Shown: positions 18,804 to 26,575 of the stretch, piece after piece | Layout: each line of letters starts with the position of its first letter | How positions within the stretch are numbered: the stretch's first letter is position 1 | IMG/VR virus record: IMGVR_UViG_3300042396_000723 | Location: 32,185 to 96,184 of that record | Origin: a virus | DNA: 64,000 bases | Direction: 5' to 3' (one strand) | Program-made: the position numbers and the translations under genes | Notes under the pieces: generated by a model | What the model was told of the DNA's origin: nothing | The model's input: the letters and a program-made list of their open reading frames with translations, nothing else | The model's database searches: none

Positions 18804-19232
18804 ATGGACATACTTGGTTGGGAAGACTTAGGAAGTATTATCAATTGGTTTTACGAACAGCAGAGACAAGGCAAAACTTCCTTTAAAGTTCAAGAAATGC
18901 GCGATAAGTTTAATTTGAATATTCCAAATTCAAACACCCGAATAAAACGGTTTCTTAAGTTTGGAATCATTAAACCACTAACTTATGGCAGATACGAAAT
19001 CGAACCACTGTCAGAAGAAAGAATCCAGGAGATTAAAGACAAAATCATCCCCCCTAATCCCATTTTTAAAACCTATTATTTCAGGGGAAGACAACATACC
19101 GTCGAATGGATTTACCAAAACCAAAACCCCCCGATGACCCTCCAATATTTTGCTCAAAGACTTCAACGGGGTTGGTCACTAAAGAAAGCATTAGAAACAC
19201 CGACCCGAAAATACAAAAAAGAGGTTAATTAA
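18804..19232 (+). CDS. hypothetical protein
   Basis: 142 aa ORF starting one base after the dnaB stop. Confidence 0.35.
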   Translation: MDILGWEDLGSIINWFYEQQRQGKTSFKVQEMRDKFNLNIPNSNTRIKRFLKFGIIKPLTYGRYEIEPLSEERIQEIKDKIIPPNPIFKTYYFRGRQHTVEWIYQNQNPPMTLQYFAQRLQRGWSLKKALETPTRKYKKEVN

Positions 19233-19236
19233 CGCC

Positions 19237-19800
19237 ATGACCGCAGCAACCAAGAAGATAATTGAAAGAATCTTAAAAATTGGTGAGTGGGTAGAGATTG
19301 ACCCACATAAACACCGCCCATCTTATCTAATAAGAGGTACAGCATGGCGAGTTGAAAGTTTCAATGTATTAAAACAAACCTGTCAAGTAACTAACGAAAA
19401 AACCAGATCGGAAACCCTAGACTTTGAGGAGGTTTCCGACTCATCCCCATTCAAAAAAACAGATATTGTGCAATTAAAAAAGGATAGCCGTTACATCGGA
19501 CGGGTGATTATGTGCCGGGGGAATAAAATCAAAATTCAGTGGGCGAAAGGATTGGCAGAATCCTTAGACTCGGACAAGATAAAACTATTTATTCAGATGG
19601 TCAAAGGGGAACAAATCCCCCTCGGAAATTACGCTTTCCAGAAAGGCGATCATGTCAAAACTACAGACAAGAATTTTGGCAATGTAATCCTCACTGTAAA
19701 AGAATGCTTACCCTCTGGAATGGTGGTGTTGAGTTCATCAAACGATCCTAATTTATTGCTCCCCGGCTGTGGCTTAACAATTGTTGAGGAGGGTTTCTAA
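19237..19800 (+). CDS. hypothetical protein
   Basis: 187 aa ORF; its stop overlaps the methyltransferase start. Confidence 0.35.
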   Translation: MTAATKKIIERILKIGEWVEIDPHKHRPSYLIRGTAWRVESFNVLKQTCQVTNEKTRSETLDFEEVSDSSPFKKTDIVQLKKDSRYIGRVIMCRGNKIKIQWAKGLAESLDSDKIKLFIQMVKGEQIPLGNYAFQKGDHVKTTDKNFGNVILTVKECLPSGMVVLSSSNDPNLLLPGCGLTIVEEGF

Positions 19801-20831
19801 TGCCAACATTCGCAACATTATTCATGGGCGGAGGCGGTGCAGATTTGGGGTTAGAGGCCGCAGGGTTTAAGTCTTTATGGGGAATTGAAAGAGATCCTAA
19901 AATTGCAGAAGTAGCACGATTAAATTTCCCAAATACCAAAGTATTTAATTCTTGCGCAGGAGACATAAACCCCCGCAGTCTTCCCTATGTTGACCTGCTT
20001 TGGATGAGTCCCCCGTGCCAACAGTATTCAAACGCTAGACGGGGTAATTTAGGCGATCACAAAGACAAGGACGCGGGGCTGTACTGTAGCAGTTATATCG
20101 CAGCGATTGATCCTCGATGGGTAGTTTTAGAAAACGTCCCTGGCTACTCAAAATCACCTGTATTCGAGAAAATCCTACAATCCTTAATTCGCCACGGATA
20201 TCGCTATCATTGGTTAATACTTGACGCGGCGGATCACGGGGTTCCCCAAAACCGGAAACGGTTGATTATGTGGGCAGTTAAAAATGATCAACCTCTCCCC
20301 TATTTCCCCGAATCAAAACCCAAAAAGGGATGGTATCAAGCCATTGCTGACTTAATCCCAGAAATGCAGGACTGTGAGCTTGCAGACTGGCAGATTAAGC
20401 GACTAAATGAATTGGGTTATTTACCAGAAAAAGCCTGGATTGATATTGGGAAACAACTCATTAGACAGGCTACAGTTCGGGAGTCAAACGATCCAAGTTT
20501 TACTATTGTGAGTGGTCATGTTAACTCGCATTCTCCTATCCTGTTAATCCCCCGAGCGGGAGCTTGCATCAAGAATATTCTCCCGACTCCACAGAACAAA
20601 CCCTGCCCAACAATTCGAGCTATGAAGGATGTTTCAACCCATTGGGCGGACATCGTGCAGGGAAGCCAAATTAAACGAATTAGTCAGAAAGCGACGGCAC
20701 GGCTCCAGACTTTCCCCGACTCCTATCAATTCCCAGAATCCAAAACTTTAAGCCAACAAATAATAGGAAACGCCGTGCCTCCGTTATTGGCTAAAGAATT
20801 AGGTCTGGCAATCTTAAAATCAATTAACTAA
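19800..20831 (+). CDS. DNA (cytosine-5)-methyltransferase, orphan
   Basis: 343 aa; motif I FMGGGGADLG, catalytic motif IV SPPCQQYS (PCQ), motif VI LENVPG. No adjacent restriction endonuclease gene recognised. Confidence 0.85.
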   Translation: MPTFATLFMGGGGADLGLEAAGFKSLWGIERDPKIAEVARLNFPNTKVFNSCAGDINPRSLPYVDLLWMSPPCQQYSNARRGNLGDHKDKDAGLYCSSYIAAIDPRWVVLENVPGYSKSPVFEKILQSLIRHGYRYHWLILDAADHGVPQNRKRLIMWAVKNDQPLPYFPESKPKKGWYQAIADLIPEMQDCELADWQIKRLNELGYLPEKAWIDIGKQLIRQATVRESNDPSFTIVSGHVNSHSPILLIPRAGACIKNILPTPQNKPCPTIRAMKDVSTHWADIVQGSQIKRISQKATARLQTFPDSYQFPESKTLSQQIIGNAVPPLLAKELGLAILKSIN

Positions 20832-20833
20832 CC

Positions 20834-21277
20834 ATGAAAACATCAACTAAAGCCAAAACCAAACCCGCTAAAAAAGGATTTCAACCCGCCCCTAAAATTC
20901 ATGACAATGACTTACATATATTTTCTTGTGAGTGCCTTTGGTATGACTCAGAAACCGACGAGGAACTATTGACCGAATTGTGGACAGTCAAACTCGATAA
21001 ACGACGGTTTCGGACTGATGTCAGGCAAGCCATTATTACGGGGTTGATCTATTGCTTTCTTGAAACACCGGAAGCAACGGAACGGCATATTAACAGGGTG
21101 TTTTTTTGGAATAATAAATCCCGTGCCTATGAGCCATTAGGGGCGGTGTCTGACGCGCCGATGGACGGATCTAGTCCGGTTGATTTTGAAGCCGATCCGG
21201 TGGTGGCTTATGAGCGATTAAAAGCCCTTTGTGTCGAGATCGAAGTTATCAAGGTTGACGATTGCTTTTGCTCTTGA
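20834..21277 (+). CDS. hypothetical protein
   Basis: 147 aa ORF immediately after the methyltransferase gene. Confidence 0.35.
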   Translation: MKTSTKAKTKPAKKGFQPAPKIHDNDLHIFSCECLWYDSETDEELLTELWTVKLDKRRFRTDVRQAIITGLIYCFLETPEATERHINRVFFWNNKSRAYEPLGAVSDAPMDGSSPVDFEADPVVAYERLKALCVEIEVIKVDDCFCS

Positions 21278-21288
21278 CCTTTTAAAAA

Positions 21289-21330
21289 TACACAAATAAA
21301 CTTGTTTTTTTTGCGTTATTTGTGTATAAT
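21289..21330 (+). promoter_or_regulatory. 11-bp perfect inverted repeat overlapping a -10-like TATAAT
   Basis: TACACAAATAA (21289-21299), a 16-nt T-rich spacer, then TTATTTGTGTA (21316-21326) running into TGTGTATAAT (TATAAT at 21325-21330). Could act as an operator/promoter or as a terminator hairpin. Confidence 0.3.
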
Positions 21331-21597
21331 GAAAACAGTCAAGAATCAAGGTTTACCAATGTAGTTTGTTGGTAAATAGTTAACCAGTCTAAGCTCTTTA
21401 CTGAGCTACGTTATTGGGAAGTGTTTAAGTTCATACCTTGGGATGCGTTGCCAGTTCCAAGCTCTATAACTAAGTGATTAAACAGATGTACAGCAATTAA
21501 GTCAGCAATACTGCTGATACCCTCTTAATAAGCAGCGATTTCCCACAAATCCCCATAATCTGTTATAACTGGTGAGTAGTTATATGAGGTTGTTTTT

Positions 21598-21798
21598 ATG
21601 GTAAGACCCCACGAACACAGGCAAGAAATCAAAGCCAGACTCAAACCAGAAGATAGGGAGAAGTTGAAAGCCCTCGTCGTTGGCATGGGTTATCGTTATT
21701 GGAGGCAGGAGTCACCGGAACCCGCATGGACTGAGTTTTTGGAGGCGATCGCAACGGGCGATATAATTCTTTACAAAAAAGTCGGGGGAGGGGGTTGA
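21598..21798 (+). CDS. hypothetical small protein
   Basis: 66 aa ORF after a ~320 bp intergenic region. Confidence 0.3.
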   Translation: MVRPHEHRQEIKARLKPEDREKLKALVVGMGYRYWRQESPEPAWTEFLEAIATGDIILYKKVGGGG

Positions 21799-21859
21799 CC
21801 TTTTGGGATAAGTGGGGTACAGTTATAAATGTAGAAGGTTGAAATAAAGGAACAAGACG

Positions 21860-22090
21860 ATGACCACTCAAACCGAGCCAACTAAAATTTACTGCGACCG
21901 GAAATTTTCACTTTACGACGTAACACCCTGGACAGCCGCAAGGCTGACGAATTTCTTTAACTTGGTTGACGATGGTGAAGACGTGAAACGTGCCGTCAAT
22001 GGGTTGAAAACCTGGAAAGGTAGTCAGTCCTACCGCTTGACAATGAGTGACAAAGCTTCGATTGATTACGTTATTGAATGCTACGGTTAA
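21860..22090 (+). CDS. hypothetical small protein
   Basis: 76 aa ORF. Confidence 0.3.
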   Translation: MTTQTEPTKIYCDRKFSLYDVTPWTAARLTNFFNLVDDGEDVKRAVNGLKTWKGSQSYRLTMSDKASIDYVIECYG

Positions 22091-22158
22091 AGATTAATTA
22101 ACCGAGTAAGGTGGCTGCCCTACTCGGTTCGAAGTCAATCATTTAAGAGGAGTATACC

Positions 22159-22668
22159 ATGTCAAGCAAAAAACAGGTCAAGCAATCTTTAGAACTGACA
22201 CTAAGTTTAGCCGAATCACTAGGGCCATTAACACGGTCAGAAGCTAAAGAGTTTTTTGGATTATTGGGAGAACTCAATAAAGTTTTCAGTAAAGTAGTTG
22301 ACCCCGATGCTCACGGCCTAAAACCCGAACCCAGTCCCGAAGTAGTTAAACACCCCATTGATGCCCTACTCAAAAAAGGAAAGGTCGAACTACCAGAGGG
22401 ACGCTACAAACAACTGATTCAGATTCATGACGAGCTTTTAGTCCTCAAGATTAAATTCTTGAGTGCGAAGCAAAATCAGAATGTCACCTGGTTCCCCCTT
22501 GAGTGGAACGGGGATAAGTCAGCCGCGTTGTACTTGTCATCGTCGGAATGGTCTATAGCTCCCATCAAGTACCGAGATGACAACGATTTGACGGGCGAGT
22601 GGGAAGGATTTGATCTTACTGAGTTCATGAGTATGAACTGCCCAGAGTTTGATCAAGACGAATATTGA
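22159..22668 (+). CDS. hypothetical protein
   Basis: 169 aa ORF; AGAGGAG lies upstream of the ATG. Confidence 0.35.
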   Translation: MSSKKQVKQSLELTLSLAESLGPLTRSEAKEFFGLLGELNKVFSKVVDPDAHGLKPEPSPEVVKHPIDALLKKGKVELPEGRYKQLIQIHDELLVLKIKFLSAKQNQNVTWFPLEWNGDKSAALYLSSSEWSIAPIKYRDDNDLTGEWEGFDLTEFMSMNCPEFDQDEY

Positions 22669-22720
22669 TTTCATGGGAGGTCTTACCCTCCCTCCAAGAA
22701 GTAAAGCAGGAGAACAAATT

Positions 22721-22879
22721 ATGCTATATCGCATCACCCGAATCAAAACCGCACCCGACAGAAAAGACCGTCAAGGGTATTATTTAGAAGCCTTGAATGA
22801 GTTAGAGGCTTTGACAAGATTTCATAACCAATTCCCTGAATTTGTAGGGGAAGAATTAGAGTTAGAGGAATGGAATTAA
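22721..22879 (+). CDS. hypothetical small protein
   Basis: 52 aa from the internal ATG at 22721 (preceded by GGAGAA); the track ORF 22649-22879 overlaps the previous gene. Confidence 0.3.
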   Translation: MLYRITRIKTAPDRKDRQGYYLEALNELEALTRFHNQFPEFVGEELELEEWN

Positions 22880-22904
22880 AAGACCTCTAATTCAACTTAA
22901 AACT

Positions 22905-22934
22905 AACCAGGGGTTTATATTCCCTGGTTTTTTG
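22905..22934 (+). terminator. rho-independent terminator candidate
   Basis: Hairpin AACCAGGG / CCCTGGTT with a 9-nt loop followed by TTTTTT, placed between convergent genes (22879 plus, 22939 minus). Confidence 0.5.
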
Positions 22935-22938
22935 CTGT

Positions 22939-23535
22939 TTATCTAATCACAGGGACAGGAATAATCCCCATCAGAATGCCAGATATTTCCTGAAACATTC
23001 GCGTAGTTGTTTGCGTTGCGTCAATTATAATCCAGTTATTTTGCCTAGCCAATTCCAGATATCCGAAGCGAACCCGATCTAAAAAAAGCAAGTCTCGTTC
23101 AACCTTGTCCAGAGGTTTGTCGAGATCGCGGCGCACCGCCACCTCAACAGGACAATCGAACAAAATCACCATATCGGGATCAATTCCCCCCGTCGCCTCG
23201 TGATTTAGCTTCCTTAAATTATCTAAATTAAGCCCGTGCCCATATCCCTGATAGGCAAGTGTTGAATCCGTGTATCGATCACACAATACCAAATCAGAAT
23301 CTTCTAACAAATATCTAATCGTGGGATTGTGTTTAATCCTATCCTTCAGGATTAATTTAAGCTGCTGCTCCGGCGTTAAACACCCATTCTTTAATTCAAA
23401 ACGAACGTCATAATCGCAGGGTTCTCTTGTGATGTAGAACTTTAACTTTAACGCCGTGAAATGGTCGCAAAGTTTTCTAATTTGGGTTGTTTTCCCACTG
23501 CGGTCAATACCTTCAAAAGCAATCAATTTACTCAT
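22939..23535 (-). CDS. tmk: thymidylate kinase (dTMP kinase)
   Basis: P-loop IAFEGIDRSGKTTQ and DRYTDSTLAYQG motifs; first ATG is the complement of 23533-23535. The track ORF extends to 23550 on a TTG. Confidence 0.85.
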   Translation of the reverse strand: MSKLIAFEGIDRSGKTTQIRKLCDHFTALKLKFYITREPCDYDVRFELKNGCLTPEQQLKLILKDRIKHNPTIRYLLEDSDLVLCDRYTDSTLAYQGYGHGLNLDNLRKLNHEATGGIDPDMVILFDCPVEVAVRRDLDKPLDKVERDLLFLDRVRFGYLELARQNNWIIIDATQTTTRMFQEISGILMGIIPVPVIR

Positions 23536-23696
23536 TTCATCCTCATCCAATTTTTAATCAAATCATCTTTAATCATACCTTGCCTTATTAATTCAATTAT
23601 ATATTCTCTAGCTTCCTCCAGTGTCAATATATCCACATTACGTTTAATTATCGCAAGTTTAAATTCTTGCTCCATTGTTAGCTGTGTTGGTTCCAT
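23532..23696 (-). CDS. nblA: NblA-like phycobilisome degradation protein (not in ORF track)
   Basis: My own translation gives 54 aa MEPTQLTMEQEFKLAIIKRNVDILTLEEAREYIIELIRQGMIKDDLIKNWMRMK; its length, predicted two-helix layout, LTxEQEF start and C-terminal KNW fit the NblA pattern (L-[ST]-x-E-Q-[QE]-F ... K-H-Q-W); its stop overlaps the tmk ATG. Confidence 0.5.
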   Translation of the reverse strand: MEPTQLTMEQEFKLAIIKRNVDILTLEEAREYIIELIRQGMIKDDLIKNWMRMK

Positions 23697-23878
23697 TTCC
23701 GTTGTTATAAGAATATCAACACATAGATTATATCAAAAAATATTTTGATTTTTATACCTCTTTAATACAGAATCAAAATATTTTTTTGATTTACCTGTTG
23801 CCAATTGCTCCTGATGATGGATTTAATTTGCCAATGCGTATAGTATAGAAATATATAAATACAGCAGGAGATGGCACA

Positions 23879-24088
23879 ATGCGCGACTATATAAACAGAG
23901 TCCCCGACTATGGGGAAAAGAAAAAGCCTCACAATCTGAGTTTGACCGACACGGCGTGGCAACGGCTTGATAAATTAGCTGCGCTCTTGGGAGTGTCCAG
24001 GAGTGAGTTCGTCGAACGCCTATCCCGTGGAGCGATTGCCCCACAAGACTTACAAGCCTTTTATAAAATTTTTTTAAAAAAAGGTTGA
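23879..24088 (+). CDS. ribbon-helix-helix (CopG/Arc-like) DNA-binding protein
   Basis: 69 aa; LSLTDTAWQRLDKLAALLGVSRSEFVERL is a typical RHH strand-helix-helix signature; the upstream intergenic region carries paired near-palindromes. Confidence 0.5.
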   Translation: MRDYINRVPDYGEKKKPHNLSLTDTAWQRLDKLAALLGVSRSEFVERLSRGAIAPQDLQAFYKIFLKKG

Positions 24089-24114
24089 CAATTTCTAAAG
24101 TATGCGTATATTAT
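24085..24114 (+). promoter_or_regulatory. sigma70-like promoter candidate
   Basis: TTGACA (24085-24090), 18-nt spacer, TATTAT (24109-24114), 30 nt upstream of the ATG at 24144. Confidence 0.4.
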
Positions 24115-24143
24115 AGAATTTGTAAACGCACAGAGGTAACGCC

Positions 24144-24947
24144 ATGACAACCGCAACCACAGCAAAAACCAAAACCGCAGCAAAAACTAAAACCCCTGAG
24201 TGGAAATGGAATAATAATCTGGGGTGTGATGCCCTAAAACTCCCTACAAAGGGATGTCACGTTGACAACAGAGGAAACGTCTGGAAAGACGGCGACTCCA
24301 TTGGTAACGTCACCCCGTTGCCAAATTCAGTTAAGGTGACACCCCTAGAATGGGTTGTCACCCACGAACAAAAACAGGAAGCCGTTTCCTGCGAAAAGCT
24401 ACACGGGAGCTACAAAAAAAACGCGACTCCTGCCCGTCGTAAAGAATCCCCCGATGGGATGCGGGGAGGCAATTCTCAGTGGGGAGAAGTCTCTGGCCCT
24501 AAAGCCCATTTTGTGGCTGATGAGTACGAGGTGATTGTCACCTACACGGCAACTAAAGCCGTCAATCAATTCAGGGAAATTATTGAGGGAAAACCCAAGT
24601 TTCCTTCCCCCACTACCATTGCCTATGAAACGGGCTATGGGAAAGAAACGGAATATACCGTGACCGAGTTGGCCGTCTTAGACTTGCCTACCGAAAAAGT
24701 GGAGAAGGTCTACACAGACCAACGAAAACACCTCTATGGAGAGGCAATCAAGGTTGTCAAAGAATACCTTGACAATTTAGATAAACCCGTTGAAGGGCTG
24801 TTAAAGGTCGGTGACAGCGTGATTCACCCTGTATATGGACAGGGAACTGTCACAAAGGCTTTCGGGACTAAAAACCCCACCTACCAGTCCGTTTGCGCGG
24901 ATTTCCCCTGCGGGAACAAGATGGTAGGAAAATGTGACCTGATATGA
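24144..24947 (+). CDS. hypothetical protein
   Basis: 267 aa ORF with GAGG upstream; N-terminal TTATTAKTKTAAKTKT low-complexity tract. Confidence 0.4.
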   Translation: MTTATTAKTKTAAKTKTPEWKWNNNLGCDALKLPTKGCHVDNRGNVWKDGDSIGNVTPLPNSVKVTPLEWVVTHEQKQEAVSCEKLHGSYKKNATPARRKESPDGMRGGNSQWGEVSGPKAHFVADEYEVIVTYTATKAVNQFREIIEGKPKFPSPTTIAYETGYGKETEYTVTELAVLDLPTEKVEKVYTDQRKHLYGEAIKVVKEYLDNLDKPVEGLLKVGDSVIHPVYGQGTVTKAFGTKNPTYQSVCADFPCGNKMVGKCDLI

Positions 24948-25003
24948 CCTTTTCACTATGATTACCCCACGGAAGCCACAGCTAAAAACAGAGAGGAAAA
25001 ACA

Positions 25004-25501
25004 ATGACAACTTTCACAAAACCAGAAAACCTTTTTGATTCAGTTGATTTTCAAGGATTTGTCGTCGGAGAAGACGACGCGGTAACAACAGTATTGTATC
25101 GGGGTCAAGTCCCCGATTTTAAGCGGAATAAAAAACAGGTCGTAAAGTTTGACTTCGACCTTCACTGCCTAACGGCAAAACACTGGTTTCTAGCTATAGA
25201 GCTATCTACTTCTGACCTTTTGTTTAAGGAGGTAGAAAGTTGTCCTGTTGAACTTCCCAATGAGTTCAAGGATTCAGTTGTCCTGCACCCTGTAAACGGG
25301 AAAGTGGGCGTTTGGGTTGCGCCGATGTCACCCACTGATGTTTCGGGTTGGCAAAAAGCTATGGAAACTACAGCGACAGAGGTAAAAGCCTCTGGTAGTG
25401 TGAAGTTTCGAGGGCTTCACAACCTGTTCAACAGGCTATCCCGCGTTACCCCCAAAACAGGGGTTGTTGGGGGTGCTAAATTCCCGACATGGAGAGACTA
25501 A
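25004..25501 (+). CDS. hypothetical protein
   Basis: 165 aa ORF with GAGAGGAAAAACA before the ATG; lies inside a segment bracketed by direct repeats. Confidence 0.35.
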   Translation: MTTFTKPENLFDSVDFQGFVVGEDDAVTTVLYRGQVPDFKRNKKQVVKFDFDLHCLTAKHWFLAIELSTSDLLFKEVESCPVELPNEFKDSVVLHPVNGKVGVWVAPMSPTDVSGWQKAMETTATEVKASGSVKFRGLHNLFNRLSRVTPKTGVVGGAKFPTWRD

Positions 25502-25506
25502 AAGTA

Positions 25507-25553
25507 GCGATCTCAGGTTAGCTCCTAGCACGGTTCGATTCCGTGCGGTCGCA
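25507..25553 (+). other. tRNA-like 3' fragment (T-arm plus acceptor strand); possible att core or tRNA remnant
   Basis: CACGG-TTCGATT-CCGTG (25529-25545) is a canonical T-stem/loop (GGTTCGATTCC), followed by a 7-nt acceptor-like strand and discriminator A; the element is too short (47 nt) for D and anticodon arms. Confidence 0.4.
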
Positions 25554-25590
25554 TTCCCGAAAGGGATTATTAACTACATAGGCTAAAGCA

Positions 25591-25872
25591 ATGAAGAAAC
25601 ATCAAATCAATGAGCAACTTAGTAAGTTATTGAAACTTACTAACTGCTCTAACCTAGAGGTAACGGTTGACAACAACACCAGGGATTGTATGACCGTCTG
25701 GAAGCTATGGGGTAAAGGTGGGCAAATTGCCCAAGCCGAAGCACGGTTTGGATCGGAATATTCTGATCAACCCGATGGTTTTGCCTTCTATTTAGAAGGC
25801 TACAACTGGACAGATTACTGTCCTACAGTTCAAGATTGTGCCAGCCAACACAAGGAGCGCGCTCTTGTCTAA
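25591..25872 (+). CDS. hypothetical protein
   Basis: 93 aa ORF downstream of the tRNA-like fragment. Confidence 0.3.
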   Translation: MKKHQINEQLSKLLKLTNCSNLEVTVDNNTRDCMTVWKLWGKGGQIAQAEARFGSEYSDQPDGFAFYLEGYNWTDYCPTVQDCASQHKERALV

Positions 25873-25873
25873 T

Positions 25874-26038
25874 ATGACCCATTATTTCGGCTACGAAGTC
25901 GAGATTAAAGATAAATCAGGGAAGTACGCCTGGTTTATCTACCAAGACGGGGTAATCATCTTTTCAAGTGGCTACGATTACCCCACAGAAGCCACAGCCT
26001 ATGACTGCGCTTGCAGTCGCATTGACACATTATTCTAA
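25874..26038 (+). CDS. hypothetical small protein; a decayed partial copy lies at 24945-24982
   Basis: 54 aa from the ATG at 25874; its 5' and 3' segments (ATGACC... and ...GATTACCCCACAGAAGCCACAGC) recur in collapsed form at 24945-24982. Confidence 0.3.
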   Translation: MTHYFGYEVEIKDKSGKYAWFIYQDGVIIFSSGYDYPTEATAYDCACSRIDTLF

Positions 26039-26049
26039 GGAAAAATCAA

Positions 26050-26430
26050 ATGGAAATCATTAACGCTACACCCCATCAAATCGTTATCTGTAGCAACCAA
26101 GGGGTTGTCCAAGATGCAAAGACTAAGCAATTCACAGCTTCGGCTGTTGAGATCCTCCACACCCTGCCACCATCGGGAATCATCCCCCGCGTGGCGATGG
26201 GGAATACCGAATCCGAACCCATTTTAGGTATTCCAGTCCAAAGCGTTCAATATGGCGAGATTGAGGGACTCCCCCCTGCGTCTCCCGATGTTTATTATGT
26301 AGTGTCGGGACTGGTAGCAGCAGCCGCCGTTAAAGTGAACAGGGCTGATTGCCTGGCTCCGGGTGCGCTAGTCCGCAATTCTGCCAACCCATCAGAGGTG
26401 TTAGGCTGTCTTTTTTTGCAAAAGCCCTGA
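26050..26430 (+). CDS. hypothetical protein
   Basis: 126 aa ORF, last intact gene of the plus block. Confidence 0.35.
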   Translation: MEIINATPHQIVICSNQGVVQDAKTKQFTASAVEILHTLPPSGIIPRVAMGNTESEPILGIPVQSVQYGEIEGLPPASPDVYYVVSGLVAAAAVKVNRADCLAPGALVRNSANPSEVLGCLFLQKP

Positions 26431-26432
26431 TT

Positions 26433-26537
26433 GGCGACGGTTGCCCCCGGTGTGGTAGTCATAGGCTGGTTAGATATGGTTACACCGAACACGGTCGCCG
26501 CCGAATGAAATGCAAGGATTGTAATAAATTATTTTAA
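26433..26537 (+). pseudogene. transposase N-terminal zinc-ribbon remnant (IS1/IS1595-like)
   Basis: In-frame GDGCPRCGSHRLVRYGYTEHGRRRMKCKDCNKLF then a stop; the C-x2-C...C-x2-C block matches transposase N-terminal zinc ribbons; no canonical start codon and no catalytic domain follow. Confidence 0.45.
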
Positions 26538-26542
26538 AATCA

Positions 26543-26573
26543 ACCCTCTAAATATTTAGAGGGTTCTTTTTTT
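26543..26573. terminator. bidirectional rho-independent terminator candidate
   Basis: Perfect 10-bp stem ACCCTCTAAA / TTTAGAGGGT with a 2-nt loop, T-run downstream on plus and A/T-rich on minus; sits between convergent gene blocks. Confidence 0.55.
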
Positions 26574-26575
26574 GA

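Noticed and set aside
25507-25553. A complete tRNA gene
   Set aside because: Only the T-arm and acceptor strand are present (47 nt); there is no room for D and anticodon arms, so I report it as a tRNA-like fragment only.
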